This document shows, piece after piece, positions 41,640 through 57,100 of a stretch of 64,000 bases of DNA. The DNA is from Tubiluchus corallicola (Eukaryota > Animalia > Priapulida), in the NCBI GenBank assembly GCA_030141605.1, contig JAQGDQ010000408.1, positions 1 to 64,000 of the forward strand. The letters run 5' to 3'. The translations under genes and the position numbers were made by a program. The stretch's first letter is position 1. Every line of letters starts with the position of its first letter. The notes below the pieces were generated by a model. The model worked only from the letters and a program-made list of their open reading frames with translations. It ran no database searches and was not told where the DNA came from.

Positions 41640-44600
41640 CTAAACACACACACACACACATATATGCAATATAACAAAACAAAATTGTCCCAGCACGACG
41701 TGTTACAAGCAAAATAATAGTAAAGTGGATAGTTAACTGTTTTTTTTACAATCTGACTGCTGCAGAATCATTTAACATTTTGTTCCTAAATAAGTTAGCA
41801 GTGCCAAGAGTTACCAAAATAATCTAATTCTTATTACCCGATTCATGTTCCACGCATAAATCTTGTTAAACAGGAAGAGAGGGAAAATTTAAACCTTAAA
41901 GATTTACAATTCTCGTGGTTTGACATGGCTTCATTGTTTCTTCTTTGGTTCTTCTGTTGAATTGAGTTTCTTGATTTGTTTGCAGTTTTTAGATTTGTTT
42001 TTATTGAGTTGGATTTAGTCTCTTGATTTTAATTTCAATTTTCTGTTTTATTTGTTAATTTAAATTTTGCCTCTTCTCATTGCCATATTTATTTATTGTT
42101 TCAAAATTTAAACTCATTTGAACTTGTCTCATTTTTGTCAAGTTACTGATTGTTATTCGTTTGTACATACCTGCTCGACCGGTCACTCAATTTTCTTCAA
42201 TTTGACAGGAGTGGGTGACTTAGTGACCTTTGGTCATTTTTGCTTTTGTTTATTTTCATTTTGAAAAAATTTAGAGACAAATAAATCATTTACTCACTAT
42301 TTACTTAAACTTACTTACTTATGACAAATTTCGAACCAACTGCGAACACGTCACTGCATAGCCATCCCAGTGTGCACCACTGACTCACAGTAAAACACAT
42401 TATTGAATACTTTGCTTAGTTAGTGAAGAATGTACTACAAGCACCTAACCATCATTCCAGGAGTTTAAAATCTGAAGTTTTACCCAATTAATTACACTGC
42501 TACAAGCGCAATCACTGTGTATACAAAAACTATCGCTATGTCACTATGTATATCACTATGTAAGTGATAGAAATTTTTAAAACGAATTTTTTAAGCTTTG
42601 TTTATGAAGAATTCTTTATTGTGCTTTAAATTTATGAGTGACTGAATAATTAATACCTGGGTGTCTTCGTATCTTTCAGGCGTTTGCCGTTATGCTAATG
42701 CCAAAACACAAAGGCAGCAGAGGTAGCTTAAAAGCTGCTGCTGCGCTCAATGCAATTATGCATTTTTAACATCTATATTCACCATACTTTGTCTCACAGT
42801 CTCATACGTAGGACGTCAAATGTTTCAACTCAATGTACACGTCCCTAAAGTATCTTTCAACCCTTAAGGGATTCTAAAGTTCCTATACTCTCTTGCTTTA
42901 GCCGACAGCAGGGGCGGAACTAGGGGGGGGGGGAGTGAGGGGGTGCCCCCCCCCTTGTCAAAATATGCGCCCCCTGCAAAATCGGACAAATAATTTTTTT
43001 GCAGTGAAAATTGCAGTTCGCATGTAACCATTTTCAATATGAATTACAATTAGGTAAAAAAATGTTTGGTAGCTTCAGTGTATTATTTTCTTAAAACTTG
43101 TGTGTGATAAATTTCTGTAAATAACAATTTAGTTAGAGGCACATTAATAACGTTAGGTTAACTGAGAGTTAATTTTCTCATTATTGCTTTGTCTGCTACG
43201 CCGTCCTACACACGCTAATTATAGGCCTGCATGCAGTATAAAAGGGGTTAAAATTGGCTTAACCATTATTTAACCACTTCGGATACCTCGCCCCCCCAGA
43301 AAATTTTTGCGCCCCTGCTTGCCACATCTAGTTCCGCCCCTGGCCGACAGTAATTATTGTAAGTGCCTTACAGATATTCAAGCATCCAAACACTTAGTAT
43401 TTCACTGCCCTTTGATTTTGTACAATGCTAAATCTTCTATGCAAAACGTTTTACCTTCACTAAATTTAGAACACTTGTATATTTTTCGCAATCCATCTGC
43501 CAATCTCAGTTAAAAAACTTGTATCTTACAACATGTAGCTATTTTTGTAACAATTTCAAAATTACCAGATAATAATCTTCAAAATTCAAATTGTATTCAT
43601 TAATATATTCATTGTGTATTAATTCTGTAATATACAGATATCTATATATGCGTATGTGCGTGTATATGTATTAAGCTTTAATATGTAGTGTATTTTTATA
43701 TGTATTAGTGCACTGTTACCTTGCAAATGGAGGGTTTTGTATTATTTTATTTCGAAAAATAAACAAGATTTAATAAAATACTAAGTGACTCTAAAGTTTA
43801 AGTGCTTTAATTAGTAATGAGGAATTTTGAAACTAGCGATGCAAATTACAGCCATTCATTTAAATCCCCATAAAGCACACATGCAGACACAACAGGCAAT
43901 CATGAGAAGTAATACAAGCTATTATTCTCGAAAGTTAAACATTATTCTTCGCTCCGTAACTACATTAATTTCAATTCATTTCAAGTCGTTTTGGGATTAA
44001 CTCTATGGCAAACTGGCAACTCTGGACACCACGCTTGTGTCTAATTAGTCTGATTCAAAAATAAATTCACCAGAGAAACGAACTGAACTAGCAAATTTGT
44101 GCAAATAAAATGGCGACCAAATGAATACTGAAATATTTGCTTGTTTATTCTAAGTTTACGTAAACCAAGCAGTGAATAAAGTAGAACAGTTAATACAAAC
44201 ACTGTAAGCTTTAACCGAACGAGGTGAATTTTACTGGAAGTTTAGTTCTGGAAAGTGATGCACATCCAAGCTGTAGGATCAGAACGAATGTGATGAAGCA
44301 GGAACAGATTACAGTGTTCCCTCACTTATCACAGGTGTTCCGTTCCAGGCCCACCCGCGATAAGTGAATTTCCGCGAAGTAGGGATGCTATACTTATTTT
44401 AATAGTTATACATTATTTTAAGTCTTTATAAACCCTCCCCACACTCTTATACATAGAATTTTCCCATTCTTTATGCAAAATTCATCAAATTTATGCATTA
44501 CTGTACAATACGTACTACGCATGTGCAAAAATACTTTAGACGGAGTACGGCAAAAACCCGTGAAACAGTGAAAATAACGCGATAAATATTTTACATTAAT

Positions 44601-47600
44601 ATTTTTTAAAACCCGTGAAACAGCGAGTCCGTGATAAATGAACCGTGAAGTAGCGAGGGAACACTGTACAGAGATTTTTCAGAACAACAAGTACATGTAT
44701 AATTTTTTTGAACAATGCACAAGGAGATAACAGCTAATGCCACTCGAGTTCTTTAAAAACGATCGAAAGGCAAATTAAATTTGCAAAAACAAAGAAGTGA
44801 TGTCAATGACCCTGAAGAAGAGTTGTCGAAGCCATAGCTTTTCAGTTTTACATCTACATTTTCAAACAACAAACTAACTCAGCTGATGCAGAGTTTAATA
44901 AAACGTTTGGTAATAAGCGTTTTCACAGAGTCGGTGTGCGCACGCGCCGTTGCTATAGGTGAAAGGTTAAGTGTATCACAGCAACGTGTCTTAACTCCAA
45001 CCGTAACGTGACATGTGTGTAAAGCAAAGCCGTCTGCCATATCAGTTCGTTTGAACTTCAGTTCTTGTACCTGGACTTTACTTAGTTATGCATTAGATCT
45101 GTGCTAAGAGCGACTTACTAGCAGGATCTTACTTGGGAACAAGGAAAAATGAACTAGGCAAGTTTCTAGCCAGCTGTTAAAACTGTTGCTATTACAATAG
45201 AATGGGCTGTCACGCGTTGTCAAGTGTACAGAAATGCTTTGTCTGGTACACTTTACCTTTGACCTTTTCATGATCATCATCAATCACTCGAACTGTGAAA
45301 AGGCTTATTATTGTTAGCACTTGGCAGAGTCTTTAAATTAAAAGGTTCCATCTTATTTAAAAGGGAAAAATTCATTTTTGGAATAACATGAAACACATAC
45401 AGTTGTTTATTTTACCTTTCTGCATAAAAACTTGACAAATATGGGCATTTACGATAAAGTAAGAAGCAACTATACCTGGATAAAAGCAAATCCGGTAGCG
45501 GCACCGGCAATAATGGCAATGTTATCATGCACAGTCGAAACAACTTTTGTATGACAACCCTAGAAATCAAAATCAGAACAAAATGTAGCTTATGCAGTCC
45601 GACTAAAGCAAAACCGGACCCAATCTTAAACTGTAGGTCACAACAATTTACTCTTTAAAATATTGAAAGGGAATATAGTATTTTTTTCAAAAATGACTTA
45701 CGTGAAAGAATTATTACACAATTTCACGTTCGCACCACTAGTTCTTTGCTGTTACCTGCATTTCTCTATTCGCTAGTCAGGCGGGCACTAGCACCTGCAT
45801 TTTGGAAATGCATAGCACAAAAAACAAGTGCTGTACCTCTCAGTAAGTCGCATAAGTTGCAAGTCGATGACTACCTATATACAGTACCCCAGGCGTATTA
45901 ACCAACAAGTAAATAGGCTATAGGCTAGGGCTCCAAAGTTTGAGGGCGTCACATTTTAGAAAAAAATCTTATTCTCCTCGGAAAATGGGTATACTTTCAT
46001 ATTCATGCAAAGGGCATATTTTATAACACACCACAGGCAGTTATTGACAGCAGTTTTTATATAAGTGCCACATAACGAACAGGTGCAAGGTATTACACAA
46101 CAAGCAGTCGAGCAGCCTGTTTGAATATAAGCGTTATGCAAATACATGTAATTAATAATGAACTAACAGAAATTGGGTTAAAAGTATTTCTAATACACCA
46201 CAAGTAATTGTTTAATCTGCTTATTACATAAATAGCCATAAATTCACCATAGAGATGACCAGGACAGCACTATCAGCCTAGAGCGTCGTAAAGTGTTGAT
46301 ATGCCCCTGTACAGTATCGGGTTTAGTGTCTCCAAATTAAGAATTACGTGGCAACGGTATGACCATGTCATGACCACAACAACAACAGCCTCTAATTGAC
46401 AATATTCAAACACGCAGGTAATTCATGCCTTCTTCGTTATTCGGGAAAAAAGAAAATTTCTTAAATGCAAACTTTATGAAGAGCACCAGGTCAGAATGTA
46501 GAACAGGATACGTACGTGAGTGTAGATATCCGTTGGTGTCTCCGTCGGGCTCAAGTCGGTGTGATCGCACGTATGATTTTTGGGAAGGTCAGATTTACAG
46601 CAGCTCTTGGGCACTTGCTTGGTAGCGTTTCCATAAGACGTAGAAAACCAGTTAGTATAGTTGTCGGAGCCACAACAATGGAGCTGAAATATACAAAAAA
46701 ATGAAGCCGTCAATAAAAATACTTCTGTTTCTGTCTAACAGCCAAGGGAATATTTTTTATTGCCACCTAGCCGGGAATTTTATCATTCTTTTGTACGTTC
46801 ATATACTTACTTGAGAAAGTGATATAAAAGCACATTTTTTTAATTTAAAAAGTAAAACACAATAATAACATTGTTCTTTCGGGTAATGCAGGATGCAGCC
46901 ATTTTTTTCCACGGCTAACTCTTGGCCTGGGTTTCCATTTTGTATGATGCTCATTGCACTAGAACTAAAAAGTATCGAATTTCTGCCAAATTGGTGTATT
47001 AACGGCCGAGTAGTGTTGCCGCTTATAAACTAATTATCAGAACATACACGTTCATAATACAAAAAACAGACTATATAATAATCGATAATTTGGTAATGCG
47101 AAACTAAAAAACAAAGCGTGAAAAAATGTGCATTGAAAAAATTTAAAACATCATTGCTAGCCAGTGGGAAATAAACAAACTTTGATTTCAACTGACTTTA
47201 AATATTCCACGATTCAGCTTTAAACATTCACAAAGCTTTAAAAAAAATTTTCCCTCCTCCATACTGACATCTTTTGAGCTGATGAGGTAACAGAAAAATT
47301 TTTTTGTGGCCGGCCTAACTTGCACTTAGCAAATTAATGTAATTTATTTATTTCATAAACATGTGACATGGTTACAATCAAGGAAGTTTATGTTACAGTA
47401 CAATGCTATGAAACACAATAACTAAATTATTTTATAATACATCAACAATGCTCAGACAAACCTTAACCCTTTCCTACCCGTTGTAGTGGGATACGAGAAT
47501 ATTTTCGGCCTTTAAAATTAAAAAAATTTTAAAACTGACAGTTATTTGATCTGTTAATAGTTATTTTGATTTATGTCAATAACAATAGACTAAAATGGTG

Positions 47601-49813
47601 ATAAAATGGCAAACTAGAAAAATCTACGTAGCATAAAAAACTGCGCAAGGTACAGTACTTTAGAGACGACTTTGTACAGATCAGCGTAGCATGCATACTA
47701 AATGTCTTAAATACTTTAAAAAATTATCAGCAGTTGCAAAATGAAGCACATTTTATGCTTCCATTGAATCCCCATGTATCCCGTGGGATACAGGCTATAT
47801 TTAGCACGCGGGCACAGGTAGAAAAAATCTAATTATTATGTGTAAACAAGATGGGCATACTGAACAAAAGTTCCAAGCCAAAAATTTTTTTCTTATTAAA
47901 AAAATAATTTGGGACTGAAAGGGTTAAAAAGCATTCGATAGGAAACAAGCTGTTATTGCAGATCATCTCATTAGTCCAATACCAAAGCTTGTATAAGAGA
48001 CTCTGACAGTGAAACAGAGATTAGCTAGTACAACAGAGATGGAGATAAACTTGCCAGTAGTGACAGTAAAAAGAGGAGAGAGAAGGGCAAAGAGAAAGGC
48101 AATGAAGAGGAAAGAGAAGGGCAAAGAGAAAGGCAATGAATAGGAAAGAGAAGGGCAAAGAGAAGGACAATGAAGAGGAGAGAGAAGGGCAAGGAGAAAG
48201 GCAATGAAGAGGAAAGAGAAGGGCAAAGAGAAAGGCAATGAATAGGAAAGAGAAGGGCAAAGAGAAAGGCAATGAAGAGGAGAGAGAAGGGCAAAGAGAA
48301 AGGCAATGAAGAGGAAAGAGAAGGGCAAAGAGAAAGGCAACGAAGAGGAGAGAGAAGGGCAAGGAGAAAGACAATGAAGAGGAGAGACGGGCAAAGAGAA
48401 AGACAACGAAGAGGAGAGAGAAGGGCAAAGAGAAAGACAATGAAGAGGAAAGAGAAGGGCAAAGAGAAAGGCAACGAAGAGGAGAGAGAAGGGCAAAGAG
48501 AAAGACAATGAAGAGGAGAGAGACGGGCAAAGAGAAAGACAACGAAGAGGAAAGAGAAGGGCAAAGAGAAAGACAATGAAGAGGAAAGAGAAGGGCAAAG
48601 AGAAAGACAAATAAGAGGAGAGAGACGGGCAAAGAGAAAAGCAATGAAGAGGAGAGAGAAGGGCAAAGAGAAAGGCAATGATATGTGATGTAACAATGAT
48701 AATGCTGATCACGTTAACTAAAATTATGATTAAAAATCAGAGATTAACGTATCACCTATTGTTGTAGGCGTCGTGGCACTTTCATTATTTCACCGATGTG
48801 GTAGTCAAAATGAACAAACAACTACAGTTATGAGAGAAGTTTTATGGAAAGATAAAAGCAATACTCACATGGATCTGCATGTCATTCATAGCTTGTGTTA
48901 CGTCTTCATAACCCTTTTTCTCAAAATTTTTCATAGCGTTGTCTATTCCACCTTTGAACGAGTCGAATATCTGAAAGCACCAAGTATGTACATGATTAAA
49001 TAAGCTCAAATGAGCACTGACCGACGGCCACGTCATTTTTGTGTCAACAAGAAGATCGTTTTACGTTGTTTTGTAACGTTTGTAGCGAAGCAGAAAATCT
49101 GTAGACTTTGAAACTTTGATTTTGTTGCTTTTGTGTGATATAATTTTTGCCCTAAGTTGAATTCCATTTTGCTTTGCTTTTGATAAATTCTTTTACCTTC
49201 AGTTGAATAGTGTTTGTTTTGTAAAATTTCTGCATTGAGCTTCATTTTGTTTGATATAATTTTTTTCTACAAGTTAAATTCCGTTTTGCATTGCTTGTGA
49301 TAACTTCCTTTTATTCTGAGTGGAATTGCGTTTTTGCTTTGAGTTGATTTTTGTTGCTTTTGTTTGATATTATTTTTTGCTCTACGTTGAATTTCATTAA
49401 TTTTTTGCTTGATGTTTGCCTTGTTATGCTTTGAATTGCATTTCTGCTTTGAGTTGATTTTTGTTGCTTTTACCTTTTATATATACAAAAACACCTAAAA
49501 AATGTCATGAGCCTGTAAGTAAACTTGTATTTTTAATAAGGGGCAGCTGACCAAGTGACCAATAGGTCTTTTGCTGCTCCTTCTCAGTTGCAATGAAATG
49601 AAAAAATAATTATGTCGAATTTTAACTGCTAGTCAGAAATAAATTGAATTGAACTGATGAAAAACGACAAATAATAAAATCGATGTAAAATTGATGAGTA
49701 AAAAAATCATTTAATTACTCAAACGCTTGTTTGTCACACAAACCACTTTATGTCACACAATTTGAGTTTGACAAAAGTCGCGAATTCTGCTACTGCTACT
49801 ACTATTACTGCTG

Positions 49814-49874
<61 letters not shown>

Positions 49875-51128
49875 AACTACTACTACTGCTACAATTAGTA
49901 CTACAACTGCTGCTACTACTACTGCTACTATTAATACTACAACTGCTGTTACTGCTAGCACTACTGCTACTGCTAACACTACTGCTAAAAGACCCATAAC
50001 TTGATACTAGTTTATTATTCTTAACTTATCATCACAGTATCATCCCCCTATTCTACCAGCATTGAATTCGATCTCAACTAAAACAATGACTTATACACAG
50101 CTATATCTCTCTGATCGAAGATGTTAATCAATTCATGTAGGCTGAGAAGTCACGTCACATTCATTTATACATCTCATTACAAAACACTTCAAGCTGTTAC
50201 AAATGTCACACATCACCTGACAGGCGCTTGCTCATCTTGCAAATGTTGCTGATGACTCAAAGAATATAAAATTTCGCAAATCTACAAATGCCACCGTATT
50301 ACTGAGACATATCCTCTGAATTATGATGAAACGCTGATGCTGCAATGAAAGCTTTTTTGCTTTTACCACATGGTAACAGCTTGCCATTATCAGGGGCCAT
50401 CCACATAAAATGATATGAAATTTTTGACTGATTTCGAGGACTTGATCTACCTTGCGTTATAATGGCGTCATCAGATTCCCCATCACCTACCTACCCCTTA
50501 TATTGATATCGATATACACCTATGTAGCTTTTTGTACATTTTATTCTTCCTCCTCCCAACAACAGGCAACAACATCCGGTTAATTAACGGGAAACCATAA
50601 GTGGATTATACTGGCACTGGCGGCACAGCACACCACAAATCGTTCTTTCTTGAGCAGGTATAAAGTAACACACTGAGTGTAAATCAAAGACAATATCAAG
50701 TTGTAAAACATTTGCCAATATCTTTTTAAAAATACTAACGTTTGTCTCTACACATTTTGCACATACCTTGCCTTTGAAATAGTACGCTGAGATTCCTGCT
50801 GCCAATTCAGCAATGAAGATGATGAATAAAATGGCCGAATACTGAAAAATATTTAAATGAATTCATATTAACATTAAAATATGTACTAAAATAGCGAGGA
50901 CAACTATATTATAGGTCAGAGGCAGGGAAAAAATTTTGCCCTCCTAATAAAACATTGCCTTTTTGGTTGCCCGCAACACATTTACCTTCGTGTATAAGTG
51001 AACAGTGTTTGAGGCTTTTCCTGTGCAGTATTTCTTATTTGTATTATATCCATTGAAGGCCCTTTCACTAGATATTGTACATGAAACTATTGTAAATGTG
51101 TAAGGTGAAATAAATGACTTACTACTTA

Positions 51129-51178
<50 letters not shown>

Positions 51179-54100
51179 TACTTACTTACTTACTTATACA
51201 ACTTTGTTTTCTTGTTCAATGTGGGTAAAAATACGCAAGATGCAGCTAGTAACTGAGTGCTATGCTAAATACCAGGTTTACAACACATTCTGAGTTTTCC
51301 ATTTAACTTGCATTACACCTCTAAGTCAGATCGAAACAAGTCAGGGCATCAAGAGGTTTTGCGACTGCCGTACTGACGAACCAAGGCCGTTGAAGATGAG
51401 AAACACAATTTCTGCAAACGTAGACATGGTCAGGCAGCTACCGTGATTCTGCAAAGCATCACTCAGTTCTATGTTCAGACATTGTTGTTGGCATCCTTCC
51501 TGTCTCGGAAGACAATGGAGTGTGCCCCAAGAGAGTCAGTTATTGATCACATTGATGGAGCTGCAGCATCGACTGTGGCTGAGCAGTGCGATCCTTGAAC
51601 GTCTACAGGGCGCATGCCTGGACAAGGTGTATGGAGATCCTGAGTTGCCCAGACAACAGGAACTCCCTCTCTTCCTCCCTGGTGTAGTCCGTAGGAAAGC
51701 GGAGCGATACGTTTGGCACCAGGTTGGCTGCAGGAGCTGCCGGAGTCAGTGAGCATACTGCACTGGTCCGCCTTTGGGGCTCCACTCCTGATTTACTCCT
51801 CTACACATATCCGTTGGTCAAACATAATGACAACCAAACTGTTGTGGACTATATTCATCAGTGCCTTAAATGTTTTGCACAGTAATCACTGCTACTGCTA
51901 GCACTGCTATAATAATGTAAAATGTGTTAATTACATTGTTACCATTTCGCTTAATATGATTTTAATACGTTTACGATGATAATTGTATAAATGTATTCAA
52001 CTAAATGTTGGACTAACATAATTTGGCATTTTCCATTCAAACAACTTTAGTTGCAATCATAATATGCGTGCTGGCAAACCTAAACCATTTATAAGAAGGC
52101 ACAGTTAAAACTACATTAAGATGCTTCAAAGTAGAATGCACCAAAAATTTGGTCAAATGTCAGTTTCTTGTTTTTTAGAAGGACAAACAGTAAATATATT
52201 GGACTTTTATATTCTAGCATAAAATTACCGAAAAAATGTTCAAAAAATACTAAAAACCTAATTTTATAACCCCGTACCCAGTTCTCTGGCTAGAACCTAG
52301 TACTGCAATCATAAAAAACTACTATTTTCAAACTCAAATTGTAGCTCGTGGAAACAGTCATTTTGCTTCAAAATCTCATTCCACCTGTCGTAGGCATTGA
52401 GGTGTCAATAAGTATCAGAGTATTCTATCCACTTCTATCTGCAGCTAACAGTGTAAGTTTTTCTACTGTGTTTCTAAGTTGTTGAACATCTTTATTTATC
52501 TTAGCTATCCAAGTTGTTTTAGGTTTACCAGGTAGGTTTTTGTAAGGTTTTAAGGCTTCCTTTAAGACAATTCTTACTGGTGCTTCATTTGGTAATCTTA
52601 GAAGATGGCCTAGCCATCTTAATCTTCAGATCTTGACTTTTGAACTCCAATAAATTTCTTTTGTTCTGGTGTGCAAATCTTCATTTTTGATTATGTATGG
52701 CCATCTTATCTTTAAATGTTCCTAAGAAGACTTCTATGAAATGTGTCAATCTGCTTTGTTTTCAGCAATCGTTAAACCCCAAGTTTCACTGTTGTACATA
52801 AATATACTGGTAACATAAGCATTAAATAATCGAAGTGTTACGTTAAAACTTAATTTCTTGCTGGTTAATACATCTTGTGCTGAAGAAAAGCATGCATTGC
52901 TTGTTGCTTTCTGCTTTTAATGTCATTTTTTCTGCTGCCAAGCCCAAATTTTCATGAGGAAATTCCATCTACTGGATTTAAACATAGCTTCAATATGTTC
53001 TTGCAAAGTCCGTAGCAACCAACATTTGCGAGGTTTCTAAGTGTTTTGTAGAAACGTGACAAAAAGCAATGGCTAACTTCAATAGAGATTTTCTCAAGAT
53101 TATGTTTTTCAATGTGCAGCCTGCACCTCAACTTCAACTTGGATTATCTCAGATTAGAAATAACATAGAGCGATGAGCTTTGTATCAAAATGATCCTCGT
53201 GAAATAGAGATTTAGAAAGTACAAATAACTAGAAAAGCTTAATTGCCGACTTATGGACGATTTTGATAATTTTTACACAGCTGCTAGTAGTAAAAAGTTT
53301 GCATTGTTAAAGAAGAAAGAAGTATAGAATGATTCTTGGCAAATGCAGCGCACAACAAGGCGCATTTTCACAAGGTGCTCTCACTTTTTCAAGTTCAATT
53401 TTGCAATTAATTAACTCATAATTACAACTTACAATGTATAACAAGAACACGTTGCCTTTAGCTGTACAGTAACAACCCATAAAACCTAATACGACAACGA
53501 AGGATCCGATACCGATCATGATATAAGGAGTGTTGGTGTAGTAATTCTCCATCAACTCCGTGTAAATCGTTAACTTTAACTTGGTATAAACTCCTAACCC
53601 GAGAATAGCTATGCCAGTAATCTGTAAGAAAGAAACAGAAGGTTTAACAATAAATATGTTTACGCATGACGAAAAAGTTCTTCTTCTTATGAATTTCTTC
53701 ATAACACTGTAATCTTTCTGTGGAACTTTCTTGTACACATGCTGGACATTGCATCATATGATGGGAGTTGTTACGGAAAGACTTACATACAAAAACTAGC
53801 ATCTATGCTGGGCATTATTACAGAAAACTAAAACACAAAAATTATCATCTATGGTAGGCATTGTTCCGGAAAACTAAAATACAAAAATTAGCATCATATG
53901 GTAGGCATTGTTCCAGAAAACTAAAATACAAAAATTAGCATCATATGCTGGGCATTCTTATGGAAAACTAAAATACAAAAATTATCATCTATGCTGGGCA
54001 TTATTACAGAAAACTAAAATACAAAAATTAGCATCTATGCTGGGAATTGTTACGGAAAACTAAAACACAAAAATTATCATCTATGCTGGGCATTATTACA

Positions 54101-57100
54101 GAAAACTAAAATACAAAAACTAGCATCTATGCTGGGAATTGTTACGGAAAACTAAAATACAAAAACTAGCATCTATGCTGGGAATTGTTACGGAAAACTA
54201 AAATACAAAAACTAGCATCTATGCTGGGCATTGTTACAGAAAACTAAAATACAAAAATTTTTTTTGCACTCTACACCCGATGCCTCAAACATTGGATTAG
54301 TGAAAGAATATTTCTTATAATGTGCTTAATATCTCCTATGCAAAAACTAAATTAAAAAAATAACCTTAAAAATGAAAAAAGCTTCATCAAACAAGGAACT
54401 GAGGACATCTATTTTCTATCGAAAGAAATATTGTCATCAAAGAAGCCTTTATTTAAATCTTAACAGAATCTACACAATATTTTTCTTTTTTTTTTAGTTT
54501 TTACTTTTCCATTCATTTGTAAAGTGATGGTCCATGACTTAATTATCATAAACACTTTGGAATTATAGGTGTTAAAGTGGGTAACATGTACTTCAAGATG
54601 TGATTGGATATGAAAAAGTGTCCTGTTTTCCTTTAATGGTGGATCGTTGTGATGAGACCATACTGTACCAAAGTCATCATCAAGACTAACCCTGGCCAAG
54701 TCCAGACAGTACACAAAATTCTACGTTCTCCCTCAATTTCCCGAGATCCCGGTGGGGTAGTCCGCTACTGCCAAACTGTATCAGTAATTATAATTCGAAA
54801 CAAGCATTAAAATAGGAAAGCTTAAACACCAAACTGCATTGAATGATTTGGACGTACAGGGTTAAGGCACATTTACACTAGTGGGATTTCTCCCTTATAG
54901 CAAACTCCAAACTGTGAACTGCATTGCGAATTACTGTCGACAAGCCATTGCAAACTCCCTGGCAGATGCTGTGAGTTGATTTCCCACAAGTCACTGTCTA
55001 GTGGGAACACCTCAATGAGTTACTCTTGGCAAGCCATTGCAAACTCCCCACCAGTTGCTGTGAGTTGATTTCCCTTAAGTCACTGTCTAGTGTGAACACC
55101 TCAAGGAGTTACTCTTGGCAAGTTTCGTGCAGTGAATGGAGAAAAAAAGTGCTTACTGTCAGAAAGTAACTCGCAGTAAGTTTTACTCTCTAATTTGAAC
55201 ATGCTTGTGAGTTACTTGGCAGGTTAACTTGACAAGAAAACTCGCTAGTACTACACCTGTGGCAACAGGCATCATTATTGGTAATCACATTACCAACACA
55301 TGATTAAACCAGCATGGTTGCAAGTTATCTTAATGAATAATATACCAAGGAAGAAGATTATGCAGGAGGATGGTGGAGAAGGATGCTGGAGAAGTGATGC
55401 TGGCTATTAATAATCAGCTCAAAGTACCCGCATCTGTCTGCACTTATTAAAGAAAGTCATCAGTATGTTGGGTTTATTTTACTGTTATCACTTAAACTTA
55501 GAAAAATATAACAAAGAAATTTGCAAAGTACTGTCTATAAAGCACAAATTTAAAATATACTACCTCTGAATAGAAATTTTCAGACGTAGTGGTTGCCACC
55601 ATTCACTTGAAAGTTATGACGTAACTAGAAGACTTCCTTATTTTTCCTAAGCACTTCGCAGCTTTCCGAAAGTGCATCTGCTTAAACTAATTCAAATTTC
55701 TGCAGTTTACCTAAGGTTCACGCAAAGATGTCACGAAATTAGAGGTCTAATTTTTTTGTAAAAAACAGTTGTATAAAAAAACGTGAACTCGCTCAACTTC
55801 AAATATCGAACATCTACAAATCAACTAGTTTTCATTAGCTCTAGGCAAATATTTGAAGCAATAAACAGGTTCCTCCGTGAAAAATGACTCTTTGCGTATG
55901 GAAAACCAAGCTGAATTAATCAATCAAACTTAGACATTTTAGACACTTGTGTACAGATAGCCTCAAGCTGCTTTGATTTAATTTCCCATTTATTGTGGTT
56001 CTGCTTATTCCTGCAAATGAAAACTGAGACGTGGCTTTTACTAGTAAAATAAAAACAGCAGGGTTAAAAACTAAAAAGTTACCCGGTCATCACCTAACAA
56101 CACATTTGTGTACACTTGACAACGCCTCGTAGCCCTTGCTGTTGTCATAGTAACCGTTTTAACAGCTAGCTAGATAACGTTTAGACACAGCTTTAGAAAT
56201 AACAGTGTAGATATAGTCCATTTTTTCATAGTTCATTTTTTCTTGTTCCCAAACAAGATTCTGCTAGTAAATCATTCTACATCATACAAACCTATGTATA
56301 ATTAAGTAAAGTCTACGTAAAAAAACAAGGAAATTGTGTAGCCAACAACAACTATAGTTCCTGAATTGATGCGGCAGACAGCTTTGCCCACATGTCACTA
56401 GACAACTGAAGTTGAGATGCGTCACTTAACCTTTGACCTACTGCTCGAACTGTTTATTTATCTGCACACTATTTTAACATTTGCACGGCCTCAAAGTGTG
56501 ATGAGTGCCCGACGTGATTAACTCCTTCAGGACCGCACCATTCAAAATAGGTTTTATATGACCTATGACGTTTTCTGCTACTGTATGGGCACAAACATAA
56601 TTAAATGATTACAAATTAGTAACTATTCTATTCAGGAGAGTCTCGACTAGCCAATCATGTTATTTGTTTAAGCAGATAAAATTAAGAGAATGGCGGCAAC
56701 CACCACATCTGAAAATTTCTATTCAGAGGTGACATACTTTAAATTTGTCCTTTATAGACAGTTTTTTGAAAATTTCTTTGTTATATATCTCTAAGTTTTA
56801 GTGACAACAGCAAAATAAGCACAACATAATGAGTGACTTCTTTTCCTTTAAGACTGAAACATAAAAGTGCTTTCAGATCAAAGAAGTTCATAAAATAGAA
56901 AAAGTCACCTAATTTTTGCTTAGTTTACACAGTGTAGTGGACAGCATAATTATCACAAACTGCACTATAGTACACCGTATACATGTATATATAATAATTT
57001 TATTCATGGTTTTTCTAGGATGAAATAATAATCACAATAATATTATAATAAGTTAAGTATCTGTTTAATAAACTGATGGCAAGGCAGACACGTCAAAAAA

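Noticed and set aside
44808-44840. Hammerhead-ribozyme-like CTGAAGA...CGAAG (also near 47279, 51373 and 57457)
   Set aside because: The GAAA core or the stems needed for a hammerhead fold could not be formed by eye.
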